Origin: Bacteroidales bacterium
GTDB lineage: Bacteria > Bacteroidota > Bacteroidia > Bacteroidales > JAADGE01
Direction of reading: 5' to 3'
Assembly (NCBI GenBank): GCA_021108035.1
Contig: JAIORQ010000097.1
Span: forward strand, 7,692 to 71,691
Length of the DNA: 64,000 nucleotides
In this document: positions 45,164 through 55,495 of the stretch, piece after piece
How positions within the stretch are numbered: position 1 is the stretch's first letter
Layout: each line of letters begins with the position of its first letter
Position numbers and translations under genes: made by a program
The notes under the pieces: model-generated
Seen by the model: the letters and a program-made list of their open reading frames with translations, nothing else
The model's database searches: none
What the model was told of the DNA's origin: nothing

Positions 45164-45604
45164 ATGAGAAATAAAGAAGAATTATCAGAAACATACGATA
45201 TAAAATCTTGGCAATCTATTCATGTCAGTCAATTATCCTATGTTAGAAATTTGTTTATTATCCTTTCAATAACTTTAATAGGCTTTATTGTTTCCTTATT
45301 ATTTTCTGAAAACACAGAAATATCTGACAATATTAAAACATTAATGAGATACAATGCAGCAACATTTCTTATACCTCTCGGAATTGGAATATGGATAGTA
45401 ATAAATGAATCTAAAAATTTTAGGCTGAAATATAGAGCTTCAAGACTTGTAAAGCGTTATGAAGACTTAAAAAAAAATAAAGATTTTAATAGGACTGAAA
45501 AAAAGTGTACTCGTATTGAGAATTGTAATAAAATACTATTTATTGTACAGTTATGTACTTTCTTTGTTGCATTAATATTATTAATAGTTACGTTATTTAT
45601 ATAA
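45164..45604 (+). CDS. Hypothetical small membrane protein (3 TM)
   Basis: 146-aa ORF with three hydrophobic helices and a basic cytoplasmic loop (RLKYRASRLVKRYEDLKKNK). Starts 20 nt after the upstream gene. Confidence 0.5.
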   Translation: MRNKEELSETYDIKSWQSIHVSQLSYVRNLFIILSITLIGFIVSLLFSENTEISDNIKTLMRYNAATFLIPLGIGIWIVINESKNFRLKYRASRLVKRYEDLKKNKDFNRTEKKCTRIENCNKILFIVQLCTFFVALILLIVTLFI

Positions 45605-45693
45605 TCATAAATTTCAATAATAGACATATAATTAACCTAAAAATAAAAAATGTATAACATTTAATATTATAAATATCAAAAACAATATTTATT

Positions 45694-45981
45694 ATGATAC
45701 CAGGAATAGAACTATTAAAAGAACTTCACTTCGGAGCTATGACATTAAAAGATGGAACATCCATTAATTATGGTGTCATTGAAATTGATAAGGAGAAAGT
45801 TGTTATTTATACAAAAAAAGGGTTGGATGAGATATGGCCTGAAGATATTTCACATGAAAAAAAAAGAAAATCAGATGAGTTACAAGAGATTTTGAAACAA
45901 AAAAATGGGAAACAAGAACTCATTAAGTTAGGATATATTGAGATTATAAGTCTAAATGATATTGAAAAAATAGATTTTTAA
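45694..45981 (+). CDS. Hypothetical small cytoplasmic protein
   Basis: 95-aa ORF in a very AT-rich region. No family recognised. Confidence 0.4.
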   Translation: MIPGIELLKELHFGAMTLKDGTSINYGVIEIDKEKVVIYTKKGLDEIWPEDISHEKKRKSDELQEILKQKNGKQELIKLGYIEIISLNDIEKIDF

Positions 45982-46110
45982 TAGATATTATTAATTTTAC
46001 ATAATAATCAAAACAAAATTTATGACATAATAAAACTAATAAAATATAAGTAGCGTTAGCTTTTATCTGGTATCAGAAAATCGCCAATTATACAACATAA
46101 AATAACAAAT

Positions 46111-46135
46111 CCGTGCCACGCTAAGCGTGGCACGG
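46111..46135. repeat. 25-bp palindrome CCGTGCCACGCTAAGCGTGGCACGG (copy 2; probable bidirectional terminator)
   Basis: The stem is identical to copy 1 and differs only by 1 nt in the loop. Lies 15 nt beyond the stop of the minus-strand giant gene (46150) and 130 nt after the plus-strand ORF that ends at 45981. Confidence 0.8.
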
Positions 46136-46149
46136 CATATAATATTCTC

Positions 46150-49100
46150 CTACTTCTTAACCAATCGCAACATCTTTGTTTGCCCTTTTATTCTAATCAT
46201 CAGAAAATACATTCCTTTTGCAAGATTTGACAAGTCAATACTGAAAGCATTTGTTGTTTCATTAATAAAACTGTATGGTACTTTCTGTCCTGAAATATCA
46301 GTAAATTCAAAAATTGCACCTGAAAGATCAATTGATGATGAAACGGTTATTAAGCTGTTGGTCGGGTTTGGATAAACTTTAAAGTTTGAATTTAAATCAT
46401 AAATTGATTCCTCTTGAGGATGTGCTGTAACACTTGATGTAAAAGTATCGGTACAAGCAGTTTGATAATCTTCGGCAATTAGTGAAATATAATAGATTGA
46501 ATCTGTTTCACCGATATTTGTAAAGGTATAAGTTACAACTTCATTAATATTATATGTAGTTTCAAAATATACATCATTAATATTCCATGAGAACTCATCA
46601 GGCTCTGTCCAACCCGGCCAATAACCGGATGTATTTGTAAAAATCACTTCTTGAGGTGCTGTAAATTCTTCTAAATCAGCCTCAAATTGTGCAATAGGCG
46701 GTAAATTATATGTTAAAGCAACAGTATCCCTTGAACTGCAATATTCATTATATACATGCCATTCAAACAAATTTGTTCCCGGTTGCATATCTGTAATATT
46801 CGTATTCCAAGCTGTATTATTTTCAATTGTTCCTCCGCCTGTTCCTATAACTGTCCAAATACCGGTAGTTCCTTCCGGATGCTCTGCATTCATTTGGTAA
46901 TAATCTTCGCAAAGTGATGCATCATCACCGGCTGATGCAAACAGATAGTCATATATTATCATTACATCATCATAGGAAGAACAACCGTCTTTTGTAATAT
47001 GCCATCTGTAGATGTTAGCACCTAACGAAATATTTCTTACGACAGTTTCAGGATCACTAACATTATCAAATACTCCTCCTCCTGCTAATACTAACCACTC
47101 TTGTAATGTTGCACCGGGTTCATAATGTGCATTCATTTTTGCTGTGTCAATGCAGATAATTTGGTCTTCTCCGGCATATGCATCAAAGCTGTTGTTTGTA
47201 ATCATTACATAATCATAATAACTGCAATATCCCGGTAATAATATTGTCCACTTAAAGCAATTTATTCCCGAGCTTAAATTATATACTTCGGTTATAGTAT
47301 TTGTAGGGCTCACAATAACAGCCATTCCGCCGGCAACTGACCAATATCCTTCCCATCCGGGTAATAGTTCGTTTGCTTCAAGTATTGTATAATCATCACA
47401 AATTACTTGGTCTTCACCTGCATCCGGCAAAAAGATACTATCAGGATAATTATTAAAAACCATTATTTCAGAAGAAGATGAGCAATAACCGTTGGTAACC
47501 GTCCATCTGAAAATATTTTCCTGATAACTCAAATCTGTAACTTGTGTAATATTATTAGTCGGCTCAATAATATTACCGAAACCGGTAACAATTGTCCATA
47601 AACCTGTTTCATCTTCTTCTAAAGGATTTGCAAATAATGTAGCATAATCTGTACAAACAATAATATCTTCACCGGTATATGAATAAACTGAGTTATTTGT
47701 TATTATTAAGGTATCAACAGCTTCACATATACCGTTTGTAAAAGTGCAAGTAAAAACATTATCTCCGAGACAAATATTCGTTAAATAAATCATATTATCA
47801 ACTGTATCTGAAAATGTTGCACAGCCATCAATAAGTTCCCATACTCCTGCATCAGCAGCACCTAAAAATGTACTGTCAGTGCATATTTGACGATCAAGAC
47901 CTACATCACCTGAAATAGAATTATTAGTGATAACAATATCATCATATGTACTGCAAAATGCATTTGAAACAGTCCAACGGAATGTATTTGCTCCTGCTCC
48001 TATTTCATAAACTGTTGTAACGTTATTGGTCGGATTGTCAATTGTACCTTGTGCTCCGAATTCATTTGTCCATAATCCTGTTTCTCCTACTCCCGGTTCA
48101 TTTCCTGTAAGTATATATTCAGTAGTGCAAATTTCAGCATCATCGTCGGCAATTGCCTGTGTCGGTGAGTTATTAGTAATTATAATCGTATCTGAATTTG
48201 AACATCCGTTTCTTGTAATAGTTAACTCTAATTCATTTTCGCCTTGGCACAAATCTACTTCCCACATATTTGTTGTTGTATTCTCTGTTATTGAACCGCA
48301 ACCTGATAAGTAAGTCCATACACCATCTTCTATACCGGACAACTCAATATAATCAGTACATAAAATTTGATTCACACCGGCAGAAACAAATACAGTATTA
48401 TTCGTTATCATCACATAATCATAAAACTCTTCTTCGTCAATAGTAACTGTCCACCGAAATACATTAACACCGACACTTAAATTAGTTACTTTTGTATTAT
48501 AAAGCGTAAGGTTTTCAATTATTCCTGCTCCTCCGATTTTTGTCCAAAATCCCATATACGGATATGGATTTGCTGCTTGCATATAAGTTGAATCAGTGCA
48601 GATTTCTTGATCGGGGCCGGCATAAACAGTGTCTGTTAATATCGTAATAATAACTTCATCATATGAAGAATTTTTCGCAAAGGATATTGTCCATCTTAAA
48701 ATATTATCCCCTGATGATAAATTTGAAACTATTGAATTAGGATCTGTCGGATTTTCAATCACAGCTTCTCCTTCAATAACTGACCAAATACCGCTTGCTC
48801 CCTCAGGTAAAAAGGCATCCAATTGTGTGCTTGTTGCATAGTACGGAAGATACAAATCTTGACCGGCTTCGGCAATCAATTCATTTCTTGTAATTGTAAT
48901 AAAATCTTCACTTGTCGGGCAGATGCCGTTTGTTACTGACCATATAAAAACATTATCACCTATCGGTATATTATTTACCATTGTTGTATAATTTGTTACA
49001 TCATCAAATGTAACTTCAGGAGATGCAACGGACCAAATTCCGTTACCTATCACAGGTTCAACAACTGTTAATTGCAAGAAGTCTTGAAGTATAATTGTGT

Positions 49101-50169
49101 CATTTTGAGGGTTTAAAATAATTGCATCATCAGGTAAGTTATTTGTAATGATTACAGTGTCCGAATTTGTACATCCGTTTCTTGTAACTGTCCAAATAAA
49201 AATATTAGCACCTTGATCAAGGTTATATACTGTGGTTGTATTGAAATTTGATATTTCAATAATTCCGGATCCTTCAATTAAAGTCCAAATTCCAAAACCC
49301 GGGCCGGGATCATCACCAAATAATGTAATACTATCTGAACATACAGTCACATCCGGGCCGGCACTAATAATAAAATCGTTATTTGTAACTGTGATTATAA
49401 TACTATCAGAACAAATCCCGTTACTGACCATCCAACTTAAAGTTGTAGTTTCTCCGTTCGGGACACCGGTGAAGCTTGTGTTAAATAAATTCGGATCCGT
49501 TAAAACGCCGCTGCCTGAAATAACTTTCCATAAACCAATTCCGCCGAATTGACTTGGGTCATTTCCGTTTAAGATAAAATCACCGGTGCATCCGACAATA
49601 TCAGTTGCTATAGCAGTTACGGAACTATTTATTATTTGAACATGATCATAAGCAGAACAACTTCCCAACTCAACTGTCCACCTAAAGATTGTATATCCTA
49701 TCGGTAAACCGGTTATTTCAGTGTTTTCGTCAAAGGAATTAGCAATAATTGCTCCGTTTCCGCTCATGTTTGTCCAATGTCCTGTTCCTTGGAACGGATA
49801 CATTGTTGAAGGTGAAACAGCATTTAATGTTGTGTAACCGGTACAAATAATTTGATCAGATCCGGCCTCTGCTCTCACTTCATTATTTGTAATAGTTACT
49901 TCATCAGATTCTGTATTAACTTGCCAACGATATATATTGATTCCCGGATCAATATCAGTAACAAGTGTATTATAAAAAGTCGGATCTGTAAAAGTTCCTG
50001 AACCTGATATTACTGTCCACAATCCGGAATTCGGTCCGGAATCATTGGCTTGCATATAAGTTGAATCGGTGCAAATTTCTTGATCGGGGCCGGCATTTGC
50101 CTGTGAATAAACTATTTGAAATCCGGAAAAAATAAAGATAAGAACAGATAAGAATAGATTTTTTATCAT
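46150..50169 (-). CDS. Giant secreted repeat protein (~13 Ig-like repeats, PKD-like domain, T9SS CTD)
   Basis: Signal peptide begins at MIKNLFLSVLIFIFSG (the ORF track extends to 50223). Repeated ~90-aa units have the form AG-x-DQ-x-IC-x-D...G-x-W-x-x-I/V-x-G-x-G...N-x-F-x-WTV. A PKD-like segment follows (FEADLEEFTAPQEVIFTNTS). CTD: VYPNPTNSLITV...GMYFLMIRI. Confidence 0.8.
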   Translation of the reverse strand: MIKNLFLSVLIFIFSGFQIVYSQANAGPDQEICTDSTYMQANDSGPNSGLWTVISGSGTFTDPTFYNTLVTDIDPGINIYRWQVNTESDEVTITNNEVRAEAGSDQIICTGYTTLNAVSPSTMYPFQGTGHWTNMSGNGAIIANSFDENTEITGLPIGYTIFRWTVELGSCSAYDHVQIINSSVTAIATDIVGCTGDFILNGNDPSQFGGIGLWKVISGSGVLTDPNLFNTSFTGVPNGETTTLSWMVSNGICSDSIIITVTNNDFIISAGPDVTVCSDSITLFGDDPGPGFGIWTLIEGSGIIEISNFNTTTVYNLDQGANIFIWTVTRNGCTNSDTVIITNNLPDDAIILNPQNDTIILQDFLQLTVVEPVIGNGIWSVASPEVTFDDVTNYTTMVNNIPIGDNVFIWSVTNGICPTSEDFITITRNELIAEAGQDLYLPYYATSTQLDAFLPEGASGIWSVIEGEAVIENPTDPNSIVSNLSSGDNILRWTISFAKNSSYDEVIITILTDTVYAGPDQEICTDSTYMQAANPYPYMGFWTKIGGAGIIENLTLYNTKVTNLSVGVNVFRWTVTIDEEEFYDYVMITNNTVFVSAGVNQILCTDYIELSGIEDGVWTYLSGCGSITENTTTNMWEVDLCQGENELELTITRNGCSNSDTIIITNNSPTQAIADDDAEICTTEYILTGNEPGVGETGLWTNEFGAQGTIDNPTNNVTTVYEIGAGANTFRWTVSNAFCSTYDDIVITNNSISGDVGLDRQICTDSTFLGAADAGVWELIDGCATFSDTVDNMIYLTNICLGDNVFTCTFTNGICEAVDTLIITNNSVYSYTGEDIIVCTDYATLFANPLEEDETGLWTIVTGFGNIIEPTNNITQVTDLSYQENIFRWTVTNGYCSSSSEIMVFNNYPDSIFLPDAGEDQVICDDYTILEANELLPGWEGYWSVAGGMAVIVSPTNTITEVYNLSSGINCFKWTILLPGYCSYYDYVMITNNSFDAYAGEDQIICIDTAKMNAHYEPGATLQEWLVLAGGGVFDNVSDPETVVRNISLGANIYRWHITKDGCSSYDDVMIIYDYLFASAGDDASLCEDYYQMNAEHPEGTTGIWTVIGTGGGTIENNTAWNTNITDMQPGTNLFEWHVYNEYCSSRDTVALTYNLPPIAQFEADLEEFTAPQEVIFTNTSGYWPGWTEPDEFSWNINDVYFETTYNINEVVTYTFTNIGETDSIYYISLIAEDYQTACTDTFTSSVTAHPQEESIYDLNSNFKVYPNPTNSLITVSSSIDLSGAIFEFTDISGQKVPYSFINETTNAFSIDLSNLAKGMYFLMIRIKGQTKMLRLVKK

Positions 50170-50512
50170 TTGATTAATGTTTAAATAATTAAAAAATGAA
50201 AATTGTGTAATAATAAAATACACAATCTACGTTAAAATTTATTTTTTCTTACCTGTTTCATCAGAGACACAAAAAGCCTAAAAAAAGTTGCATAATTGGG
50301 GTATTTTTTTTCTTTTATTTTTAATATCTGTCAAAAATATTCTAATTTAGCGGAATGGCTGTGCCGAATGTTTTAGCACCTGCCTGAAAACTTCAAGTGG
50401 ACTGATGAGTCTTTTCAAGCTTATAGTTATTATTCGACACCTGCCTTGCAATACCGGTTCAGATGTATTATCTTTACATATCAATCTGTTTTTTGTTTAA
50501 ATTTATAACATC

Positions 50513-51946
50513 ATGAAAAAAATATTAATTGTTATCTCAATTATTTTATTGATTGTCTGTTGTAAAAAAGATAATCTTGATAATAATGACACAGTTAAAG
50601 ACTTAACAATATTTTTTGTCAATGATGTTCACGGACAAATAGATAATTTTTCAAAAGTGAAGCATATTATTGATAAGGAGAAACAAGAAACAAATGTTAT
50701 AGTTACATGTGCCGGAGATATTTTTTCCGGAAATCCGATTGTTGATATTTATTCTCCGAAAGGATATCCGATAATACACATTATGAATACAATCGGTTTT
50801 AATATAATGGCAATAGGAAATCATGAGTTTGACTACGGAGAATCAATTTTTGAGGACAGAATGCAACAAGCTGATTTTCCTTGGATTTGTGCTAATGTTG
50901 GCATGGGAAATACCGGTATTCCGAAACCTCCTGAATACAAAACAATTACTGTTGACGGTTTAAAGATTACATTTCTCGGTTTGCTTGAAACCAACGGCAA
51001 AGATGATGCTGTTATCCCTTCCACCCATCCTTGGAAAATTCAAAATTTAATTTTTGAAAGACCTGAAAATATTGTTTCTCAATATTCAAATCTAAAAGAA
51101 CAAGAACAGTCAGATTTATATATTGCTTTAACTCATCTCGGCATATACGAGTATGATGAAAGATTTGATGATTTTAAATTAGCCTCACAATTTCCTTATT
51201 TTGATTTAATAATCGGCGGACACACAAATCAATTATCAGATACTGTTGTTAATAATATTCCTGTACTTATGGCAGGCAAATATCTTAACTACTTGGGAAA
51301 AACCGAGATAAAAGTAAAAAACAAAGCAATTGAATCCATTCATACTGAATTAATTGATTTAAACACATATCAAAATTATGATGTCGATTTAAAAACCGTG
51401 ATTGACGAATATAATAACAGCATGCCTTTTTTAGATGATGTTATAGGATACTCACATCTAAATCATGAAAAGTATAATATCGGATGTTTTTATACTGATG
51501 CTTTCAGAGAATATATGAATGTTGATGTTGCTTTTCAAAATGTCGGCGGTGTTCGAGCCGGTTTGGATGAAGGCGATATAACAAAAAGAGAAATCTATGA
51601 AATTTCCCCGTTTAACAATGGTACGGTAATTTACAGTATGTCAACAGCAGAAATTAAAACCTTTTTGATTGAATCCGATCAAGGATTTTATTATTCCGGA
51701 ATTCAAATTGAACAAGTTGGTGAAAACATTGAAATAAAAGATACAAGCGGAAATATTATTCCGGATAATACTATATTATCAATCGGAATTAATGATTATA
51801 TCCCGGCTGTTTACGACAACTGTTTTCCGGCAAACGGAAATACTCAAATCTTAACGGCTGCCGAAACCCTTATTGCCTATCTGGAAACAATAAACAATCA
51901 GGTAAATTATCCGGTTTGTAATTGTTATTTTAAATATTTAGACTGA
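50513..51946 (+). CDS. Bifunctional metallophosphatase/5'-nucleotidase lipoprotein
   Basis: Lipobox IVCC. Calcineurin-like motifs NDVHGQ, GDIFSGNP and GNHEFD. C-terminal 5'-nucleotidase domain. Confidence 0.8.
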   Translation: MKKILIVISIILLIVCCKKDNLDNNDTVKDLTIFFVNDVHGQIDNFSKVKHIIDKEKQETNVIVTCAGDIFSGNPIVDIYSPKGYPIIHIMNTIGFNIMAIGNHEFDYGESIFEDRMQQADFPWICANVGMGNTGIPKPPEYKTITVDGLKITFLGLLETNGKDDAVIPSTHPWKIQNLIFERPENIVSQYSNLKEQEQSDLYIALTHLGIYEYDERFDDFKLASQFPYFDLIIGGHTNQLSDTVVNNIPVLMAGKYLNYLGKTEIKVKNKAIESIHTELIDLNTYQNYDVDLKTVIDEYNNSMPFLDDVIGYSHLNHEKYNIGCFYTDAFREYMNVDVAFQNVGGVRAGLDEGDITKREIYEISPFNNGTVIYSMSTAEIKTFLIESDQGFYYSGIQIEQVGENIEIKDTSGNIIPDNTILSIGINDYIPAVYDNCFPANGNTQILTAAETLIAYLETINNQVNYPVCNCYFKYLD

Positions 51947-52136
51947 AATATTAAATTTAGGATATAAAGTTACTAATATAAAGAATAAATTTAAAGGGAT
52001 ATATCAACAAACTTTGCTGAAGTTAAATATTCCGGAAAAATTGATAATAAAAACAAATATTGGATATTATATTATAAAATAATACTTTAGCTGAATAAAA
52101 TACACTTGCAACTATAAATCTAATAAACACAAAGTT

Positions 52137-54041
52137 ATGAATACAACTGTTAAGTGGGCTTTAATTGCAATAACATTACTAATATCATTTGGGACATATG
52201 CACAAGTCCCTTCCGACAGCATTTATTACAACAGACTGTTTTATGTATGTAAAGTATGGGGGCATGTAAAATATTACCATACAGAAACAGCAAACGGAAG
52301 TGTATACTGGGATGATGAATTATTAAATGCTGTCAGCGGTATAAAAAATGCTCCTGACAATATTTCATTTAATGATTCTTTAATGCTGATGTTAAACAAT
52401 GCCGGTGAAATGGGAATAAGTTCTGATACATTGCCGGATATTCCTGACAGTTTAAATAACAATAGTGATTATACATGGATTCAAAACCCCGTATTTTCAG
52501 AGTCGGTAAAAGCAATACTTGACACAATTAGAGTTAGATTCAGGCCACAAAGCAATGTTTATGTTTATGAAGCATGGCCGGGCGGAAATCCGACTTTTTA
52601 TACGGATAATTGGTATTATTCAGGAGCAAATTATCCTACAGAGAATAAAAGAATTTTAGCACTGTTCAGATATTGGAATATTATAAATTATTTTTTTCCG
52701 TATAAATATATAACGGATCAAAATTGGGACACTACTTTAGTTGAATTTATACCGCAAATTATTGAAACTCCTGACGAATTATCATACAGTCTGATTTTTA
52801 AGAGATTAACTACCAGAACAAATGATTCTCATGCATTTTTTTATAGTCCGACCTATTGGAACTGGTTAGGAAATAAATATCCTCCTTTCCTTGCAAGATT
52901 TATTGAAAACGAAATGGTAATCACCAAAGTGTTACCACAAATAACTGAGGTTAATGTTGGAGATATTATAAAGGAAATTGACGGGGAGAATATTTATAAT
53001 TTAAGAGATAGTTTAAGAGAATACGCTCATGGCTCTAATGACGTAATTATTGAAAGAGAATTAAATAATATAATTATGCAAGGAGATTATGGAAGTTTTT
53101 CAATTACCGTGGATGATGGCAGTAATATTCATACAGAGTCATTAAACAGAAACAGTTCAAATTATAGTCAATTAAATTCAAATACAAGCCCGGTTTGGAA
53201 AGATACAACAATAAATGAAAATTGCAATTTTGGAATTGTAGATATGGGAAGACTTGAAGTAAATGATATTGAAAATATGTTTAATGATTTGTGGGATACT
53301 GATGCTGTTATTTTTGATATAAGGAATTATCCTAACGGTACGCTATGGGATATAGTTGATTATTTATACACCTCATATATTCATATTGCAAATTTTACAA
53401 CTCCTGATATCACTTATCCTGGTAGATTATATTGGCAGCAAGAGCATATAGGTACCGGAACACCAAACCCATATTCAGGTAACTTGGTAATATTATTTGA
53501 TGAAAGAACGCAAAGTCAGGCAGAATATACATGCATGGGTTTAGAACAGTTTCCTGATGCAATTAAAATAGGAAGCACAACTGCTGCTGCTGACGGGAAT
53601 GTTGCAATGATGTATTTACCGGGAAACATATACACATATGCTACATTTTTGGGGACTTATTATCCTGATTATACACCAACTCAAAGAGTGGGTATAATTC
53701 CGGATTTTGAAGTTCATCCTACGATACTCGGAATTAGGGCAGGGCAAGACGAAGTGATGGATTTTGCACTAAATTGCGATTTTGTCAATGTTAAAAAAAT
53801 CGGAACCACCGGAAACGTAAAATTATATCCTAATCCTGCAAAAGACGAAATAAGATATGACTTAGCAAATGATAATCCGATTTTATTTGAATTATTTGAC
53901 ATACAAGGCCGCAAACTCAAAACAATAAATATTAATTCACCTTCCGGAAGAATTGACATTTCTGAACTTAAGAGTGGTGTATATATTATAAAAATTTTTA
54001 CAAATAAGAGTTCGCAAACTAAATTAATAATCAAGAATTAA
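52137..54041 (+). CDS. Secreted S41-family peptidase with T9SS CTD
   Basis: PDZ-like VGDIIKEIDGENI. S41 catalytic-region pattern ILFDERTQSQAEYTCMGL...IGSTTAAADGNV. CTD: LYPNPAKDEI...GVYIIKIFT. Confidence 0.7.
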   Translation: MNTTVKWALIAITLLISFGTYAQVPSDSIYYNRLFYVCKVWGHVKYYHTETANGSVYWDDELLNAVSGIKNAPDNISFNDSLMLMLNNAGEMGISSDTLPDIPDSLNNNSDYTWIQNPVFSESVKAILDTIRVRFRPQSNVYVYEAWPGGNPTFYTDNWYYSGANYPTENKRILALFRYWNIINYFFPYKYITDQNWDTTLVEFIPQIIETPDELSYSLIFKRLTTRTNDSHAFFYSPTYWNWLGNKYPPFLARFIENEMVITKVLPQITEVNVGDIIKEIDGENIYNLRDSLREYAHGSNDVIIERELNNIIMQGDYGSFSITVDDGSNIHTESLNRNSSNYSQLNSNTSPVWKDTTINENCNFGIVDMGRLEVNDIENMFNDLWDTDAVIFDIRNYPNGTLWDIVDYLYTSYIHIANFTTPDITYPGRLYWQQEHIGTGTPNPYSGNLVILFDERTQSQAEYTCMGLEQFPDAIKIGSTTAAADGNVAMMYLPGNIYTYATFLGTYYPDYTPTQRVGIIPDFEVHPTILGIRAGQDEVMDFALNCDFVNVKKIGTTGNVKLYPNPAKDEIRYDLANDNPILFELFDIQGRKLKTININSPSGRIDISELKSGVYIIKIFTNKSSQTKLIIKN

Positions 54042-54049
54042 GGTTACAT

Positions 54050-54271
54050 TGCCCAATCAATCAAGCAGACGGTATCGCAAATATAAACTTTGCCAAAGTT
54101 TTGAACATTGGCAAAGTTGAAATTAATGACATAACAGGCAAAACAATATTTTAAAAAACATCAATACAACAAAATAAAACAATTGATTTATCTGATTTCG
54201 AGAGTGGTATTTACATTATCAGCATTCAAACAGATAGAAAAATATTTACAAGAAAAGTTGTGAAAGAATAA
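54050..54271 (+). pseudogene. Orphan T9SS C-terminal sorting domain remnant with in-frame stop
   Basis: My translation is CPINQADGIANINFAKVLNIGKVEINDITGKTIF*KTSIQQNKTIDLSDFESGIYIISIQTDRKIFTRKVVKE*. This is a full CTD-like pattern (YPNP-like start, D-x-x-G-K, G-x-Y) with no catalytic gene attached and a TAA at 54152-54154. Confidence 0.6.
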
Positions 54272-54282
54272 GGATGTCAAAT

Positions 54283-54312
54283 TCAGGGTTTCACTCAAAG
54301 TGAAGCCCTGAA
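54283..54312. terminator. Hairpin between convergent genes
   Basis: TTCAGGGTTTCAC-TCAA-GTGAAGCCCTGAA: 13-bp stem with one G-U pair. No strong T-run. Confidence 0.45.
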
Positions 54313-54486
54313 TAATATATGCCGGTAAATATAGAACCTATTATTTTTTTATCAACATAACTAAATTATCTCGTATGAAAAATTTATATTACCCGTTTAA
54401 TCACAGTAACAATGAAGAACAAAAAGGATAAGCTTATATAGTATCTACACTTCTTCAGAACTATACAACTACCTATAAATTAGATA

Positions 54487-55119
54487 CTAATCTTCTTCTT
54501 TAATTCTGTCCGTACCATTATTTTCTATTCGATTATTCTCAAATGTAAAAACCGGGTGGTCGTCAACGGCTTCTAACCATACACCACCGTTTATGTCAGT
54601 ATATGCTCCTACAGAATTATTATGAATATAATTATTTTTAATAAAGATATTAGAGTTGCCCATGTTGTCATGTAAACCTGCAAGTCCGCATCCGTTTAAA
54701 TCGCAGCTCTCTACGGTTATATTGTTTGCATTATCAAACGCTAATACTCTGCCTGAACAATTTTGACCTTCGATTCCTCCCGGTTCAAAATGCTTCATTC
54801 GAATATTTTTTACAACAATATTTTCGCCGCTTATCCACATTACATTACTGTATAATACCTTACAATAGAAATTTACTAGACCTTTCCCTTCAATAATAAT
54901 AAATTTTCCGCTGACAAAAATTTCATTTTCCAAATAATATGTACCTTCATCAATCAGTACATATACATTTTCGCGCTTTTCAGCAAAATATTCAGACGGT
55001 GATTTAACGGCTCTTTCAGCCCCAATGTAAACAGTATCTTTCGGTACAAACTCTATTGCCTGTGAATAAGACAACATACTTATAATCAAACAACCGGAAA
55101 TTAATGTTAATGACTTCAT
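54487..55119 (-). CDS. Secreted right-handed parallel beta-helix repeat protein
   Basis: Signal peptide. Repeated short turns typical of pectate-lyase-fold proteins (NITVESCDLNGCGLAGLHD, IFIKNNYIHNNSVGAY). Confidence 0.65.
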   Translation of the reverse strand: MKSLTLISGCLIISMLSYSQAIEFVPKDTVYIGAERAVKSPSEYFAEKRENVYVLIDEGTYYLENEIFVSGKFIIIEGKGLVNFYCKVLYSNVMWISGENIVVKNIRMKHFEPGGIEGQNCSGRVLAFDNANNITVESCDLNGCGLAGLHDNMGNSNIFIKNNYIHNNSVGAYTDINGGVWLEAVDDHPVFTFENNRIENNGTDRIKEED

Positions 55120-55279
55120 ATAATATAATTTTTGATTAAAAGAATATTTGAAATACTGCTGTTAAAAATATTTATTTTATAATCTAATAACAATTATTAT
55201 TTACAAATATTGTTAATTAATTCGGATTTTTTAAGATTGTTTTAAATTTTGAATATTTGCAAATATAAGAAATCTGAAA

Positions 55280-55495
55280 ATGCATACTTATTCAATTATA
55301 AACGAAATACAAAAATTGTCAATATCTGAACAGATGTATATTGCTGAAACGATTATAAAATCAATGCGAAAATCGGAAAACAATAACCAAATGTTATTTG
55401 CTGCAGAGGAACTTTACAATGAATATAAAACGAACAAAGAATTAACCATATTTACTAATATTGATTTCGACAATTTTTATGAAACAGCAAAATGA
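55280..55495 (+). CDS. Putative antitoxin (addiction-module-component-like)
   Basis: 71 aa. The KLSISEQMYIAETII helix resembles TIGR02574-type antitoxins. Its 3' end overlaps the mazF-like ATG (55479) by 17 nt. Confidence 0.5.
   Translation: MHTYSIINEIQKLSISEQMYIAETIIKSMRKSENNNQMLFAAEELYNEYKTNKELTIFTNIDFDNFYETAK

Noticed and set aside
50402-50409. A CTGATGAG hammerhead-ribozyme-like core, with GAAA 19 nt upstream, in the 340-bp divergent intergenic region. The region also contains two copies of CACCTGCC (50377-50384 and 50438-50445).
   Set aside because: No helix II hairpin followed by GAAA exists downstream of CUGAUGA. The upstream GAAA cannot be arranged into three helices around a cleavage-site triplet. 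I could not build any convincing fold by hand, so I treat it as a chance match. The region remains unexplained.
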